A stretch of 64,000 nt of DNA from Lingula anatina (lineage: Eukaryota > Animalia > Brachiopoda): contig CM120646.1 in NCBI GenBank assembly GCA_051362555.1, positions 1,922,001-1,986,000 of the forward strand, read 5' to 3'. The notes under the pieces were generated by a model. That model was not told the DNA's origin, did no database searches, and saw only the letters and a list, made by a program, of their open reading frames with translations. Of this stretch, positions 37,026-49,798 are shown one piece after another. How positions within the stretch are numbered: position 1 is the first letter of the stretch; each line of letters starts with the position of its first letter. A program made the translations under genes and the position numbers.

Positions 37026-39058
37026 GCACTAGTTCAAATTCAAAATTTTGGAATGGGCTTTACGTATAGTGCAATTTTAAAAAGAATATGAAGATCAATC
37101 GGATAAGTGATGTTAATACCACTGGATTGTGGAGAAAAGAAATGAGCAGCCATACACCGCGATACCCGGTGCAGTCAGTAGGGGAAGGCTTTTTTCGTTT
37201 GCATCCTGCATTTTATTTTCCTCAATTGATAAGAATTAAATATAACGGAAATAAATTACAACAGATGCAACGGTGAAATACACGCGGAATGGCAAAGAAG
37301 AAATATTAAGAGAGAAACAGAAAACTTGCAAAGAAATTGAAATAAAAATCTAGAAGAAACTTTGCCTACCTGAAAACTACATATACAATATACGTGAGAC
37401 ACACTGCTACATACACGGCATATCTCAGGGCAAATTACAAGGGAGCAAACAATGAAATAAATACGGAAAGTTTAAAGAAAATAATAAATGAAACAGTTGA
37501 GTAAATAAACCTATAAAGGAATAGAATTTGTCATCTACAAGAAACTAAGCTTACCTGGAAAAATACAATGCATTATTTTAAGACATCATTGAGAAACCCG
37601 TCCTTTCACAAGCGTGACACGCGTACAACTCATCTCAGGGATAGGTGAGAGCACGAGAGAAAAGAGATTTCGGTATCAGAGCGAAACACAGTTGCAGGGC
37701 GAACACAATCAAGATCTACACACCACTAACGCATTCAGTAATGCTTTCGAATGAAAAGATTTTCGGGTGAAGACAAGATGAACACAATCAAGATGGCAGT
37801 GACAACACACCACTAATGCATTATGCTTCTATCTGCCACAGTAGGACCACTGTATACTTCTCAACTGATATTATTGCGACTGTTGAACTCCATTTTTGTT
37901 TGACACTTTTGCTGAAGCAATTTGCCAACGCAATCATAATCGTCTATTTTTTTCCTTTAAATCGTGTTCGACCCGTGAAATCGCGGCTTTCAACACAGGA
38001 CTAGAGTCGTGATCGCTGTTCATATTACTTTCTTTAGTTTATACATATACATGTAGCTTCCTTGGATTGGACACGACTCAGATTTTTTTTTAGTTGAATG
38101 CAATTTTACAGCTGTTTGGCTTCAACACATTACAATTGAAAAGAGGTTGATTAGAGAAAATGAAAATATGAACTGCCTTTGTTTTTTATCATTTATATTA
38201 TTTATTTGCTTTTGCTGCAGAATTGTATGATAAATATCATCACGATGCTCCAGAAACAAACCTGGGCGCGATTAGATCACTCGTGGTTATTTGTGTGGTA
38301 CGTAACCAGCGGGGCTCCTTCATCACGCACTCGCTCTTGAATAATCAACATTGTCACCACAGCCGAAGATCAAAGGGAAGTAAATAATTGGGGAGCTGAT
38401 CCTTAAAGAGACAGCCATTTGTTATTTCTACTTTGATGGTCGTTTCATAACGATATCTACATCATGCTCAATTTCGTGATGATGTGGGTTGAATTGGAGC
38501 ACGTTGGATAAAGGTAGCCCCCGACACATGAGAGCGCCTTGGTTTGTATACGTGTTTATAATCTCAGGTACATTTAACAGGTTATTTAATGATAAACATG
38601 TTTTTCTTGTGGGGGCGGGATCTCTTCACTCTTATATCCATGTCATTTTCACATTGTACACAATACAGGTAATAGGTCACATACCTTATGTTTTGATGTA
38701 TTCGATAAATGCCTGTTGATAAATGCAAAACAATGAATGAGAAAAAGAAAATAAAATAGTGCACTAACTATTGTGGTTTACCCCCCCCCCCCCTCCTCCT
38801 GCCCGTGCAGCTCCACCCTCCCTACACACGATATCACAAAGTTACACAAATAATCAGGTTGTTCTAATTGGTTCACATCATGATAACAAAGGGTATCACC
38901 CCCTTCACCCCCAACCCCCACCCCCCTCCTTTCACCCCCAACCCACCCCTCCTTTCACCCCCCCTTCCACTCTATCCCCTTGTTTATGTCAACGTATGTC
39001 TAGCAGTACAGTGCCTAGCATGGCTTTTTTCGTTGTTAAAATAATATTCACTGAGTTG

Positions 39059-40266
39059 CAATGGCGGGTTTAGAGGGGGGTCAGGGGAATCCTGACCCCC
39101 ACCCCCCTCCCTTCGATTTCAGGTCCCCTCTTGAAATTAGAATATTGACCACCTGAATCATAGTTAAAAACCGTACCAAATGGCACCGTTCGCCCTCTAA
39201 AATACCAAACATTTTCGGGGCCCTTCAGCTGGGCCCGAACCCCACGCCAAGTGGGGGTGGGGGTGGGGGCGGCTTAGCATCCGCGGACCCCACCCCCCAC
39301 CCCCACTTCAAATAATCCTGGATCCGCCCCTGATCATGAGTTGGACCCCTCCTCCCCTCAAAACACACCCACTCACTCCCGCCCCCCCCCCCACCCCCTT
39401 ACCAAAGATCTACACTGGTTGTAAGATTGCTTTAATTTGTGGCCATTTTCTGGTCTCATTATTTGATCGCAGACAACTGTCTTGCTGGCATGCTGGTTTC
39501 ACTGATACTCATCAAAGTTTGTCTTTATGGCGTTTTCTTTGAAGTGCCTGGAAGGCCGCCTTTTTTATAACGTGTTGATTTCCAGTGTCTGCCGATGGGC
39601 TGTCAGGACTCATCAAAAATTAATTTTACAATTTTAAATTACCTTTTAAAATTACTTACAAGTTGTTTAATTTGCTCTGGGAATGTTTACTTATTTGGGG
39701 AAACCAGAATAACGTAGACAAAAAAATACCAGTTTTGCAACTTGAAGTTGGATTTTACGAAAGAAAATCAATAGCATAAAACTGTAATGATGAACTACAT
39801 ACCGCGGGGGCGGATTGAGGCCGTCTTCTCGATCTTTCAATTCAGATGTTCAATTTTACAATGATGGGTATCTCAATTTCTCTCTTCGAAGACGGTCAAA
39901 AATGGGAGATGGATCAACAAAGATAATTTAGAAGACAGTCAGAAATTATTTCAAGATCCGCCCCTGTACCGATCAGATAGAGAATACTTCGATTTAAACT
40001 GAAATCACGACACGACAAAATCAGTTTGCAAAACATTATCCATTTGCAAAAGCGGCAATGAAACAGTATTTTATCAGAAATTGAAATGGGCTGCAGTCTT
40101 TTCTCGCTGTTTTCTTAGTGGCAAAAATGTGTGTCAAATACCTGACCATGGACTTTGAATGACAGCTTAATCAGAAATCTACAGATGGGTACACTTTAAT
40201 ATCACAGCCATACTGAGGAAATCTGTGAAAGTTCATGGCCGGGAGAGTACACGGACGGGTTTATGA

Positions 40267-40298
<32 letters not shown>

Positions 40299-41000
40299 AG
40301 AACCACCCTTTTTGCTGGGAAAAGGACCACTCTGGGTAACATTTGACCTATGTACTTGAGGATTTCAAGGTAAAAGGTCCACTTTTTCATAAAACGACCC
40401 CCCCCCCCCTCTGAAATTGCTAGCTACGGGCCTGCAAGAAGTATAGTCCTTGTTTTATTCGAGAAAATATGATATTAATTAGTGCAATTGGAAACTGAAA
40501 TGAAAATTGACTTTATATTTATGATGCAAAGTTTGAGTTTATGTATAAGAATACAATTCTGACAATTAAACCTTTGACAAATAAAACGTTTTATTCTTCC
40601 AAGATCTCACAAAATTGAAGTTAATAAAGGAATAATTTTTGTAACCCTGTCAAATTGGTACCAGCATGGCAATAGATTTTGTTGCCTTGTAAATTACTAG
40701 GTGACTCCAAATTCTGTATTAGACAATATACGGCCTTAATCAAATTTGAACTTGGAATTAGCCCAGGGCTACCTCATTCAGTAAACATTGCTATCTTAAC
40801 TGAGACCCATATATGCAAAGTAGCATGTACTATTACAGCGTACTATCGGCTTCTTCAGGTACACTACGTGAGTCGCCACATGTCAGGTGTGTTCAACAGG
40901 TGTGCTTTCCCTTTTTTTACTTTGTAGACCTCCGATTTCAAGGTGAGTGGTTATGTTCCAAATTTTTTCAGATTGGGGATAGAGGGAGAGGGGTTCGTGT

Positions 41001-41038
<38 letters not shown>

Positions 41039-41450
41039 TAGTGAGGGTGTGTGTGTGTGTGTGAGAGAGAGAAAGAGAGTGCGTGCGTGTGTTTGTGTGT
41101 GTGTAAGTGAGAGTGTGTGTGTGTGTGCGTGTGTGTGTGTATTTGAGAGAGAGAAAGGAGAAATGAATTAGAGGGTAGAGAGAGTGAGCTGGTGCAGTTT
41201 ATGCACTGTTATTACATTCTATCACCACACAGGTGTGACATAGCGGCTGAGAGAGTAATTGACATGGATGGAAAGGGGTGATTTTGTTAATTTAGAATCC
41301 AGCAGAAGAGATAGAGAGAGAAGTAAAGGAATAAAGAGAAGTCACCACATGAGTAGCTCAGTTGATGGACTAGGCATAGACAGGGGCGGATCCAGGATTA
41401 TATGCGAAGTCGACCCCCTGACCCCCCCCCCCCCTCTAAATCGGCCACTA
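39059..41450. mobile_element. Cluster of short hAT-like MITE relics with CAGGGGCGGATC-type ends and G/C homopolymer tracts
   Basis: Examples: 39805-39966 (CGGGGGCGGAT...ATCCGCCCCTG with TACCG on both flanks), ~39059-39332 and 41381-41450. Confidence 0.6.
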
Positions 41451-42242
41451 CATATAAGTGGGAAGGGTCAGAAAGTAGCATGAAATAAATGTAGGCTTCA
41501 AAAGTCTGATTATAATTCCTTGGTAGTTATAACTTGTGCTAGTAGGCTATCCTAGCGTATACGCGTCTAAAAATCCTACAAATACATGCACCATACCACG
41601 AGTCCCTTACAAAGTGTCTCGTAGGGATTTAGAGGTGGTAAATATATCAGTGTTTGCCCTGTTAGCAAGCTATTAGTGGATAAGTTTACCCTTAAAGTCG
41701 TGGTATTTGTGCACACCTGAAAGCTAAGCTGCCTATACTACGTCAACGAGGTGTCCAATTAAAGCTGTCCAACTACATGTACAAGGCATGGAGTATACTT
41801 ATTGCTTTTAATTTTTTCTCTTTTAAAAGTTTTTGTATAAGTTGTAATTACGCCCATGTCAAAACCAGGCTCTTCCTCTTTTTTAATAAGTGCCTTGTAA
41901 TTTGTATTAGTGCAATATAATGTAAACATTCTAGTACAAAAAGCTGAATTTGCCAAAAAAAAAAAAAACTTTTATGGATTTCTTAAATCTACAAGTTTGT
42001 CACATTTACAAATGTATTTCATGTTTTTTTAACAGCAGGAAACTTTTTTCTCTAGAATAGAACTACTCAGTTATGCAGCATGTTTACTATACAACCAACA
42101 GATAAGTCAATTGCCAGGCCAGGCTTTAAAACAGAATATTGTAAAATTGATAAGGCGGAAAGCAAACACAGGCAGTTTTGATATATAGTAAATTTTTTAT
42201 GTGCAATACTACTTTGATGTTTCTAGCATCTGTTAATGCAAA

Positions 42243-42284
<42 letters not shown>

Positions 42285-42522
42285 ACCACCAGTACTACTA
42301 ATACTAATAATAATATCATAGTATCTCATAACCAGATTGTGTCCCATAAAATCCAGTAAAACAAAGTAAAAGGGGATTCAAATGTCACACATGTGACAGC
42401 TGTTTATATTTATGAAGATTTTATGCTGTTAATCCTACATATGAATTAAGTAAAATGCAGAAATACATTTTACTCAGGTGAGAAGTCACACAGCAACTTG
42501 GTAGGAGTTTAGTTCATAAATT

Positions 42523-42539
42523 GACCACTAGATGGCAAT
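42523..42539 (+). promoter_or_regulatory. CTCF-like motif
   Basis: GACCACTAGATGGCAAT matches the CCACTAGRTGGC core. Confidence 0.5.
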
Positions 42540-44707
42540 GTAGGTCATTTGAAACCTGCTTTATCTTCTGAGAAGGATTCAGAGAGATTCAATTTTCTGT
42601 TCAAAAGGCTCCTATCTAGTTAGACAAATTTAGACTTTTGCATTGAAACATTTGATCTGAAATTATTTATGTAAGAGTGATATCAATAAAATAAATTCCC
42701 TCGCACATGTAAGCAACACATTCTAGTACATGTAATAAAACAATTAAAAAAGGGAAAAACAAGATAAAGGACTTAGTTATCATTTCACTCTTATTTTGCT
42801 TACAAATTTCTCATGGCTGTAACTTTATGGAATATTTATACTTACATTTTCAACTGCAATTCAATTAAATTACGGTATGCATGCATTCTTCTGAAATGTT
42901 TCAAAATTTTATGTAAAGAAGTATATACCTATAACTTTCTTAATATTACATGCATAATATGTTCCTCTATAGAGCTAAGAGATGAATTAAGAAGTTAACA
43001 AGAATCCAGTTACTTTTACTGTTTTGCTTTTGCCTGCGAGTTGAAAATCCATCCAGCTTAGTTGAAAACAATATCAGTAAATGAAATCTAATGCACTGCT
43101 CCTCACTATATTTGTTTTACAGCTGAGTAAAATTACAGTTCGGTCTTTTTAAATTCCTCTTATGATAGGAAAAATATAAGGCTTATTCCATTTCAATCAC
43201 GCATAAAAGCTTTGAATTCGTGAACATGTCTAACAGAGTTTTGTGAGCTGTTATCTACCTTTCATGTCCTAATTCATTGATAATACCACCCCATTACCTG
43301 GGGTTATGTAGTCTAGTATTCTAGCTCCACTAACAAGTCCATTATACTATGTTGTTTTAAGGCCTTTAAGATAGAAATCAGTAGTGGACAAACTTTGTCC
43401 GCTTGACCAGTTACATTTCAGGCGTGTTCACACTGGGTTTTATTAGGATCGCGTCTCTTAACTGTCTCTGATGCAGTGTGGATTGAGGATTTTTTTCCAC
43501 AAAAGGTGCACAAAATGTGGTCAAAATTGTTACAGCAAGTTGATTGCAAGTAGTCATTATCACCATGGCAGCATAACTGACAGATTTTTTTTTTGTATAT
43601 CAATCCCCCAGGTATTCCATTATTATATATAGATACATGATTGTACAGAGAAAGGTTTTGTATCAGTTGCTCCTTGAACTTGATGCATGTTGAAGCTGTA
43701 TGATGATTTGTGGAGCATAATCTCTGACAAAAATGGGGAAAATATGCATACATATATACATATATTGACATTGGAATCATATTTCTTCTATAAAACATCA
43801 TAAATGAAAAATATCATTGACCAGATGTTAAATAGTGTTACCAACAAAACACATTTGCAAAACACAATTGACTCAAGAAAATTGAAGGTGGAAAGACCTA
43901 GACTGACAACTAAATGGAAAGAGAATGACAAATTTATTAGTTGCGTAATTTTGGACATGCATTTGATATACAATCTGCACTCCTTGCTTAATAAGAAATA
44001 ACAGATTGTCCTGATTGAAAACTGGAGGAAATTATTAAATACAGTTCAACTCTCTCCTCACTGAGTGGACTCTACCTATAAGCCTTAATGGTCCATTTAA
44101 CAAAGTGACTTGTTATATTTAAATACCCATGTTTTGCTTTCTCAGTCCCTGGTGCCAGAAATAATACCAAGTGCTCAAAGCAGTTAGGGGAATTTAATTT
44201 GATTTCTGCTGGATCTTGAATTCCCAATTAACGTTTTCGGAGTGGAGGTTGTTTGTGCCCGTTTGCTGAATACAGGGTCTGGAGTTGACAGGGGGAATGG
44301 AATATGACTTCATATTCAGAAATAGCGAGAGAGTGTTTGATATTATTTGGAAGAGAAACACATAGGTGTCAGAGTTACTTCCAGGCTGTAGCAGTTGAAT
44401 TATTTAAGACTTCTGTCTTGATAATTTTGTGAGAGCCCCTGGAATGACATATTCGTCTTAAGGCTACATTTTTACAAAAGAACATTTATGCCATATGTGT
44501 TTCTGGTTACACCGCAAATGTTGCGAAAGATTCAATTTAATTAGGCTTCTGTATGCTACTTCTGATCCAACGTGTTCCTTCAGTATTTTGTGGTTTTAAT
44601 TTGTGAGGAATTTTATTCCAGTCAGGCTGCAGATACTTTTTAACTTAATCAAAGCACCACCCAGATTTTATTCATTAACATTCACAATTTTAGCTGTTTG
44701 AAGCTCC

Positions 44708-44710
<3 letters not shown>

Positions 44711-44794
<84 letters not shown>
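44711..44794. repeat. (AT)n microsatellite
   Basis: About 42 perfect AT units. Confidence 0.95.
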
Positions 44795-44798
<4 letters not shown>

Positions 44799-47700
44799 AA
44801 CATACATTGTTGTAAAAGTGAAACAGTTGCAATCTTTAAAATGCACTTTCCTTTTGTTGCATATTTGAAAAAAATTTGCTGTGGTTACACCTAGATAATA
44901 ATATATCCTACCTAAACTATTTAGACGCTACTAATATCACTTAGAAAAAATAATAAAACAACATTAAGCTCAGTTTGGTGTTGCATTAACAAAAAAAGAT
45001 CATTGTTAATGCTTTCTTAAATGCCATCTTTGAACCCGGGAGACGTGATAGGGGGTCTCTTGTACTGCTCAACCCTGTCAGTATGGAGTTAAAGAGTTGT
45101 AGAATCACGTTGTTTGTGAGTGAAGGGCAAAGCGAAGGCACAGTGAAGTGCAGACAGTGGTTAACCACAAGCTCATACAAAAGAGGGAAGAGAAGTGAAG
45201 GTTTGATGCTTAGAACTGCTCCTATAGAGTGAAAGAATTGGGGGCTTATTGCAGAGGAAGACTTGGTGGTTGGGATGGGGTCAAAAGGCAAGGAAGGGAT
45301 CCACTCACAGGCTGTTGAAAATTCTAGACATATGGGGAAATAGGGCCTACTCATAAAAAAAAATAAATCAAAATATGTTTTCCTTTTCTTCTTAATGTAT
45401 TACTGATTCATTTTAAGTCCATTTCCTTACCAAAACTTGTGCTGCAGCATGTATGTTCATCAATCTGCTCAGATTCTCAGTCTAGCTTCCAGATCCAAAA
45501 TAAAGATCATTTATGTAACACAATGAAATTGTCTTTTGGAGTTGGAGAATACTGCCTTGAATGTCAGGCCTGTCCCTAGTGGAAGGCCACATTCAAAACC
45601 AGTTGATATGTCGACTACCAGATCCGCAGGTCAGATATTACCGACCAACTTGAAAGCTTGCCGCATAATCCCCAAGTAGACAGTGAATAGATTGGGGAAG
45701 GGGGGGGGTGCACCTCTCTTTTCTTCTGGGGTACTCCTTCTCCCTCCCATATTACACACAGCATAATAAGGGAAACTTAACAAAAACAACCAAATGACCT
45801 GTGTCCTACATATAGCTAGTAATTAATTAAAACTGTGCTTAACTATTATTATTATTGTTATATGAGTGCTGAGTGGAGTCATGCAAAAAGGTTTTTCCTT
45901 GGCAATTAACTGCCTTGGGATCCCCCCCCCCCCCCAACTTTCAGAAAATTCTGGGTCCACATGAGCCTTCCCTCCTCCCCTTCCCCCTCCTTTTCCCCAC
46001 TACCAATCTTCACATGGGCAAAAAGAAGCAAATGAAAAGTGGCAAGTCAGGGGTGAGTTGCCTGTCATTGGCAGTTAAGTGTTTTACTTGGACACCTCCC
46101 AATCCACATGGTTGGTGTTGGGGGAGGGTACGTTTTCAGGTCTTGATGTATTACAACAAATTTAGTTTAAATTTGTGTAGCTCTTGGGTAAATGATTTAG
46201 ACAAACTTGATTTAAGTGAATTATGTTCTAAAAACAATTACAACCTTATCCAGCAGAGACTGATTTGAGACACTACAAATGAGTAAAATACCTTGGCAAC
46301 ATTTATTTGCCCTTGTTTAGAACAAGAACCAACTCTGCACTGTCTCTGTTGGATATATCCTGAGGGCCTTATCCTGCCTACTCCAAATATCACACAACAA
46401 AGTTTTAACTGTTAACAATTCTTTACCTCAATTAAAAGACATTGGAAACTTAATAGCTAAAAAACTTGGAGCTAAATAGGATTAAAAACTCCAAAACTGT
46501 AGATTGTTTTCATGACATTGGTAATTAAGGAAAAAGTGGTGTCATTTCCAGGTAAATCAAAATATTGCTATTAAGTGCACTCATTAAGTGCCTTACCTTT
46601 ATGGAATAATAATCAATGACTTTTTTTTTTTATTCAGCCCCAAATTTTACTGAAGATTGCTTAATATCAGTGACAAATTTACAAAAAAATTACTGTGATT
46701 ATATCTATTTTGAATTAGTATAAAGTAACAGAAATGAGAAAATAAGGATCTTATCCCAGGCTTCAGTTGCTGTGCACTTTATAGCCAGAATTTTGGTAAG
46801 GGTGGGGAACAAGGACATTTTTTTTTTTTTTTTTTTTGCCTTGCTTTGATTGGTAACTATAAAATGTTGGATACCGTAATGAAAATGGGGTTGGTTTTTG
46901 GCTTATTTTGCTTGTTATACTGGATTTGTAGAGGGAGAAGAGAGAGAAGCAATATTGTGTACCTTTCCAGCTAAAAGAGAGGGGCACATGCTTGCAGCCA
47001 TGTCCATCCCTGTATGCAACGTTGGCTGTATGCACAAGGTTTTAAAATTTCACGTTCAGTTTTGGGAGTGCCCATGCAACTGCACTAAAAATCCCTGGGA
47101 GCAAGATTAATTACAATGTATCTTTACAAATGTTACAGAAAGGGATCAACATTTGAGTAGGTCTTAAGTGACTATTAATCCCTACCTTGAGTCATTTAAG
47201 ACAAAGCAAGGCAAGTGGGTTGTCTTTCAATTTGGTCATTAAGTAGCTAAAATGCTAGTGGTATTGATGCAGAATATGTTTGTTGACAGTTTTAGACAAA
47301 CTGCGGTCACTTAATGTGTTCTGCTCCTCTTGGCCCTATTCACACCAGACATTATTTGAACCGGTTTAGAACCTCTTCAGATGGATGTTTTCACACTTCT
47401 AGGGTAGGATTATACAAACTGTATTATCCCTTTGGTCAATGGTATCTTACAGAACGGACATTTTATTGACAATTTATTTTTTTGTGAAAAAAATTCTCTC
47501 TGCACCTGATATTGTTGCACATACAAGACTTTACCTTTACTCTTTTACACAAGGACTCCAAGATTGTGACCATTGATTTTGATAAAATAAAATTGTTTTG
47601 CTGTGCATTTGATTTCACAAAATTCTTCCCAAATTCACAAGCTTCAGACTTCAGTAGTGCAATGAAAAGCAATGCTAGAGGAAGGGTAGCATGCATTTTT

Positions 47701-48099
47701 TTTTTTTTTTTTTTTTTTTTTTGCAACAGTTGTGGTAATAATAAAAGCCCCTGGAAGATGGTAAAATTCAGCTCTACCCATCTTAAAATTGAACTTGTAT
47801 GTTCAATCTTAATGGGACCCTTTACCAAATATTTAATAAGATAGAAAGGTTTCAGGCTCCCAAAGTTCATTTAATCTCTGGTCCTGGTGATCCTCCATAT
47901 CCCCGGGGCAATCAGGGGCACCCAGGGGTCCTGCCCTGATATTTGAGAAGGGTTTGTGTTTTCCTAACTGGCACTGGTAAAGCCAAGTATTGTATTTGTC
48001 TGTTGTTATTGGAGGAGATAGGTGAGAGCTGTTTGCACATACTTTGGGGCTTAATTCTCTTTAAGTGTGTTAGACTTCACTCATTCTTGCTGTAAGTTA

Positions 48100-48578
48100 G
48101 GGTGCATTTCCAGAGATTTAGAACGATCCATCCAGATCGACCTAACTCCCTGGGGGTTCATGCTAAATTGCAGTCAGCCGAGCAGGCACGGTAGTTAATT
48201 ACCCCCTTACAGCTTTTAGTATGTGGGACAGACGCTTAAGCCCGCTAAGCTGACAGTAATCTAGTGTGACCCCCCACAGGGATAGATCGATCTAAAATCT
48301 GTGGGAATGGGGTCTTAGGGGGTACATTCCCATAAGCACTATGGGTCTACATTTAATGACCAAACTCTGTGGGGATTCTCACTGAGTGCAATCAGCTTAA
48401 CAAAGTATCATACCTCCACTTGGCGTTAAGTAGAATATAGAAAAACTGGAGATTGTATGAATACCTTGGGGAACAAAAAGAGACATGGCATTCAATTAAG
48501 CTGATTGCACTTAGTGAGAGTCCTTGCAGAGTTGGGTTGAGCCATATAGATCGATGGTGTCTAAATGGGAATGGGCTC
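48100..48578. mobile_element. Two abutting Tourist-like MITEs (48100-48314 and 48318-48578)
   Basis: Arrangement is TTA-element1-TTA-element2-TTA. Element 1 is homologous to 17600-17818. Element 2 has ~90-bp imperfect inverted arms (CTCACT(G/A)AGTGCAATCAGCTTAA). Confidence 0.8.
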
Positions 48579-49754
48579 TTAAATCTGTTCAGAAACAGTA
48601 AAAAGCTTTATTCTGTCATGTAACCAGAATTAATTAATAAGCTAATTCCATTTCACTGTGATACAATGCGAGTTGTAAGTTACAACACATGATCCCTCAA
48701 TTACATTTTTGCAACTGACATAGAAAATGGTATGAAGCTGCTATATGATTGCTTCACTATTGCTTTTCCCCCTATTATAATCAAAATATGAGGCCTTAAA
48801 ACATGATTTCACTGTGCTCTGATACTAGATTTGGTTTGAATCAAGTGGAAATAATTCTTATTTACTAATTTTTAATATTCAGAACTAGTTTTTGCGAGTG
48901 GAATTAATGCAATTCTTGCAAGAACTGGGCTTATGTCTTAAAACCAAATGGCCAAACTCAATATTGTATATCTTTAGTCTGTACTACTCTGTCTGTCTGT
49001 ACTAGCCATCAGTCCTATCCAAGGCAATTTTTAGTCTTTTTTAATTAGGTGCTTCAACAACAAATTAGCAAAAGTCACTGAATATTTTTATTTTAATGCT
49101 TTTTAGACTACAGCAAATCATTGCAGTCAACCCTATACTCTTATAATGCAGCTGCGAAAGTTTTCAGCCCAAGCCGTACGGCCGACACTTCCCATTGGTC
49201 ACATTCCACAGAAGGCGGAGCTATTGTATGGGTACTTTACTAGTGCTAACTTACACTCCTTCATTCTTGTTTACTCTCTTTCAGAAGACATCACATTCTC
49301 AAGTGAGTTAATCAGGTCTCAAGCCCAGTGTGTGTGTGTACTACTGTTTTGGCGACAAGGAATTTGAGTAAAGCAAGACCCACAAATCTACTCCACAACT
49401 GGATACTACTGTATGGATGGAGAGAAAGGCTGAAGGAAGAAACCAGCCAAGAAGTTGATAGATGTACTTGAGCACTGGAGTGTTTTGAAAGAGCAATGCA
49501 TTGAAGCTGTCTCACAGGTGAGCTTCATTCATGTCACAATACAAGAATAAATGTCCAAGTTGTGTCATGCCTGCCTATGGCTGTGATTGAGTATAATATC
49601 TCTCTAACACATACAGCAGGAGCTAATGACTAAATCCCATTACCAAGGATTGTAGAGAATGATAAACTGTTCTGTGATTTATCACCAACATTTGTCATCT
49701 GTTCAAGTCAGGACAAAAATGCTTAAAGTACACATTGCTTATGTATTATGGCTG

Positions 49755-49798
<44 letters not shown>

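Noticed and set aside
43418-47870. ORFs of 110-135 aa in the right-hand domain
   Set aside because: No domain motifs, several include homopolymer tracts, and no consistent splice structure was found.
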